Below, in pieces: positions 60,369 through 64,000 of a DNA stretch of 64,000 bases. How positions within the stretch are numbered: position 1 is the stretch's first letter; every line of letters begins with the position of its first letter. The stretch comes from Schizochytrium sp. TIO01. Taxonomy: Eukaryota; Protista; Bigyra: Labyrinthulomycetes. Location: positions 2,053,270 to 2,117,269 of the forward strand of contig SMSO01000007.1 of assembly GCA_004764695.1 (NCBI GenBank). Reading direction: 5' to 3'. A program made the translations under genes and the position numbers. The notes under the pieces were generated by a model. It was given only the letters and a program-made list of their open reading frames with translations. It made no database searches and had not been told where the DNA came from.

Positions 60369-62634
60369 ACACCTCAGCATCATCATTTGCAATATCAAGC
60401 TAGCTATGTGTTTTGCACAGAGCAAAAAATCGCATACAGAATCCTCATGAGGTTGTCTAGTTAGATTTTGTGTGGTACTATTACACTAGCTCCGAGAAGT
60501 TACTTTCTTTGTCTTTACATGCTGATAGTTTTTTTTTAGCCCTCGTCTCGTCTCGCTCTCATCATCATCACTATCATGTCAACATGATGTGATTGTTTTC
60601 TTGTTGTTCATTCGTTGCAACTCTTATTCTTCTTATGCTATCTTCGTGGTTCGGTAGGGAGGCCTCCATTTTAATCGTAGGGCTACATGCCGCCTACCGT
60701 CTCTTCATCTTCTTGTATTTATCTCATCTTTGAAAAAAAAAAAGCATAAACAATTTGATACATTCTTTACCACAGCAAGATAAGTAAAACTATTTGTTGC
60801 TTTGGTCAACACAATAGAAATAGTAGCATTCAATTTCCTAAATACTACCTTTATGATCGCCTGTTCCGAACACGTTCAAAGCATGCAGACTAGATAAACT
60901 CTGATTTTATCTACGGACCTAGGGAATTCATCTCGTTGTTTTCTTTTTAAAGTATATGATCAGCCCTTCAGGTTTACAACTATATAGTCTATGCGATCCA
61001 ATACTTATCCTGAAGCAGCAGTTCATTATTATCACACTTCATACCTCATTTGGACTCGCTCAAGCTTTATATTCGTCACCTTGCCTGTTCTTTACGTTAC
61101 ACCCTCCCCCCCTTAAAAAAAATAAATAAAATGTGGTCATTGAGCATTACTACTTGTATTATTTCTACTGACACTATTTTGTTAAGAAAATATGCGAGTC
61201 AGAATCACAGCTCAAGGCTTTCGTCAGAACCTCTCTTTGCTTCTTACCTGATTCTGATAGCAGGATTATCGCATTCCATGATGCTCTACAAGGTTAGATT
61301 TCTCGCCACAAGTTGAAATTCAACTTTTCGCAGAAATGCCGCATCGCATTTATTTAAACCACCAGATCAGTTCAATGCAGTTGTCTTTTAAACACCAGAC
61401 CTTGCCTCAGGTTTCTTCGAGGCTACTAAACACCTGCTGAAGTAACATACAGCCACTGCCTAACCCAACCTAACCAAGCTCTCCTGTCTATACATTCATC
61501 CCTGCCTGTATCCAGACCCGAAACGCCAACAACTCATATGTCATCCTCTTTCTCTTTCTTCTGAGTTCGACATCCTCGTCAGACTACCTCTGCACGCTTC
61601 ACAGCACAAGCTGCTCTGCAGTAACATCCACCTTCTTTAAGCACCAGGGTGGTCATGCTGACCATCGGCTGTGCTTGAACCGTGACTCTGCAAAACGCTC
61701 TGCACACTGCATCTCCGACACTCCTCCTGACCGGAACCCGATCTTAGCATTGGTCTATATAGCTCTTAACACGCTCTCTGGAGAGAACGGGCTCTGCTTA
61801 TGCTCCTTCGATGTTGAGAGAACGGCCGAGCCTAACCACCGCCGCGCAAATCCTCAATAAGGCAGTGACGGAGCACTATATATACCAGACTATCTGTATT
61901 GCTGTATTAATAAGATTAGTTGAGGATAAGTCTGGTACACATGCACTTGTGCTACACTGTATTTATCCGAGTTATGTATATTTTTTGCCCATTATTTCTG
62001 GTATTAAGAGAGAAAGGGTTGGAAATAAAAAGTTATTCCGTGAGGGAGTAAGGTTTGGGAGTTGGGCGAATAGAGATCGCTGAGAGGAGGAAAATTCAAA
62101 AGTTCTTACTCACATACACTGGCGTATTACCTCACGAAAAGTATCAGTGGCGGCCGATTCAACCGTGCCGCCCAGTTTTTGCCAAAGCAAGGAAGAGAAA
62201 GGCGCTCGCTCTCTCCAGACCCGCAACTGTTCGGTTCCTTAGGCGCTGCTGTCTCGGACCGTGGCACGCTCCTCTCCTGCTGTCTCCGTTTGCAAGACCT
62301 TTCATTGACGTTGCTTTCGCTATCGTCACTCTAAAGAGACCTTGATCGTCTTCTTGGCGCCTTCGGAGAGCCCAAATCGTACCACCGCGGGGCAGGATCT
62401 TGACAAGCCCTAGCAAGGTTCGCAACGTCATCAAGTTTACGAAGAGAAAACTGTTCTTCTCTTCACATCGAGACCTTCGTGTTGGAGTTATTGCAAAATC
62501 TATCTGGCCTCGCAGAAGGGGCATTCTCGTAGAAGCCAGGCGAGTGCTCGCTAGCTTGGTGGAACCATAGAAATAGAAAGAGACTTACTAGCTTCGTTGG
62601 CGAATTTAGTCTCGTTTTAAATTTGCGATCAAAG

Positions 62635-63808
62635 ATGTCCGCTGCACAACTTGCTGCTGAGGAGCAGGAAAACTATGCTGGCAACCAGATGGTATGTTAC
62701 CGTAGGACAAAATGTATATATTCGGACGAAGAACAGACAAACTGACAGTTTCTGATGTGTAAATGTGTGAAATTGCTTGTATTGAATGGTACATGTGTAA
62801 TATGAATATGCATTCGTTGTGTTATAACAGGATGCCGAAGAAGATGAAAGTGGCCCTCAGCTGATTGAGACCCTCGAGCACCATGGTATCAGCGCCACAG
62901 ACGTAAAGAAGCTCAAGGAGGCCGGATTTCACACTGTAGAGGCCGTGGCATGGTCCACGCTGCGTAGCTTGTGTGAAGTCAAGGGCGTTAGTGAGAATAA
63001 AGCCACCAAAATTCAACAGGCCGCACAAAAACTTTTGCCCATGGGCTTTGTTACCGCCACAGAGCATCTCAAGATGCGCCAAGATACAATTATGCTTTCT
63101 ACTGGAAGTAAAGATCTTGATGAGCTCCTTGGTGGTGGTATCGAAACAGGCTCAATTACCGAGCTGTATGGTGAGTTCCGCACTGGTAAGACGCAGCTTT
63201 GCCATACACTTTGTGTAACTTGCCAGCTTCCTACTTCGCAGGGTGGCGGTGAGGGTAAGGCCATCGTTGTAGACACGGAAGGTACTTTTCGCAGTGAGAA
63301 TCTCACGAAAATCGCTGAGCGTTTTGGTCTCAGTGTCGAGGATGTTCTTGACAATGTTGCCGTTGCTCGTGCTCAAAACTCTGAGCATCAAATGCAGCTA
63401 CTAGCTCAGGCATCAGCCATGATGGCTGAGTCCCGTTATGCCCTCATTGTTGTCGATAGTGCTACTGCTCTTTTCCGCACCGACTATCAAGGTCGTGGTG
63501 AGCTCGCCGAGCGTCAGCAGAACCTCGCGCAGTTTATGCGCCAGCTGCAGCGCCTTGCAAATGAGTATGGTGTAGCAGTTGTTATCACCAACCAAGTTGT
63601 TGCCAGCCCAGACTCTGGTGTTTTTGCTGGCGAGGCAATGCGTCCCATTGGAGGAAACATTATTGCACATGCTTCTCAAACCCGTTTGAAGCTTCGTAAG
63701 GGCCGTGGTGAGACCCGTATTTGCAAGGTCATTGATTCCCCAACTTTGCCGGAAGCCGACGCTACATTTGCCATTACTGGCGCCGGTATTGCGGATGCGT
63801 CTGACTAA
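62635..63808 (+). CDS. RAD51: RAD51 recombinase, 344 aa, join(62635..62691,62831..63808)
   Basis: Exon 1 [19 protein letters not shown], phase-0 GT-AG intron, exon 2 [10 protein letters not shown]...; [14 protein letters not shown], FxxA polymerisation motif PMGFVTATE, Walker A GEFRTGKT in GIETGSITE context, Walker [29 protein letters not shown]. Confidence 0.96.
62692..62830 (+). other. RAD51: RAD51 intron (139 bp, GTATGT...AACAG)
   Basis: Canonical donor and acceptor; splicing joins exon 1 in frame to exon 2 and restores the N-terminal domain; AT-richer than the flanking exons. Confidence 0.88.
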
Positions 63809-64000
63809 TTTGCTTTTGCACGGAATTTCAATCTCCACGCTTTTTTACATTAAAATCTTTCCTTTAATCTGATTATGTCTGTATTTGTGTCTAACATGAC
63901 ATACTATAAAAACCCCAATCTTAAATTTGATGATACCGACCGTAATTTTATCTCATTAGGTATGTGCTCTTGGTGCTGCTCCTGCATTTTCTACCTGTGG

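Noticed and set aside
58563-60425. Antisense and alternate-frame ORFs over NT5DC (likewise over RAD51 and the SAM gene)
   Set aside because: Shadow ORFs of GC-rich real coding sequence.
62635-63808. Calling the recombinase DMC1
   Set aside because: Outside L1/L2 the diagnostic positions ([34 protein letters not shown]) are RAD51-type.

Overview
Eukaryotic, intron-poor, microsatellite-rich genomic DNA. The tetranucleotide arrays and the RAD51 sequence suggest a protist, possibly a stramenopile or thraustochytrid, but the taxon is an inference. From left to right: (i) the 5' end of a minus-strand gene (ATG at 818, runs off the window, absent from the ORF track) encoding a low-complexity A/Q/S/P-rich, regulator-like N-terminus; (ii) about 13 kb of GC-rich non-coding islands with microsatellites; (iii) a roughly 30-kb AT-rich tract with no credible gene; (iv) a full-length Ty1/Copia element (43902-49853) with apparently identical 414-bp TG...TA LTRs, an ATTAG target-site duplication and a half-tRNAi-Met PBS, whose gag-PR-IN half is broken while RT-RNase H is intact; (v) a triple-SAM liprin/kazrin-like gene; (vi) an NT5DC-family HAD 5'-nucleotidase; (vii) a two-exon RAD51 carrying DMC1-type residues in DNA-binding loops L1 and L2. 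No tRNA, rRNA, snRNA, CRISPR or Fanzor/TnpB signature was recognisable. The strongest leads are the DMC1-like RAD51, the half-dead/half-intact Copia and the liprin-like triple SAM. No multi-gene novel system can be supported from this window alone.
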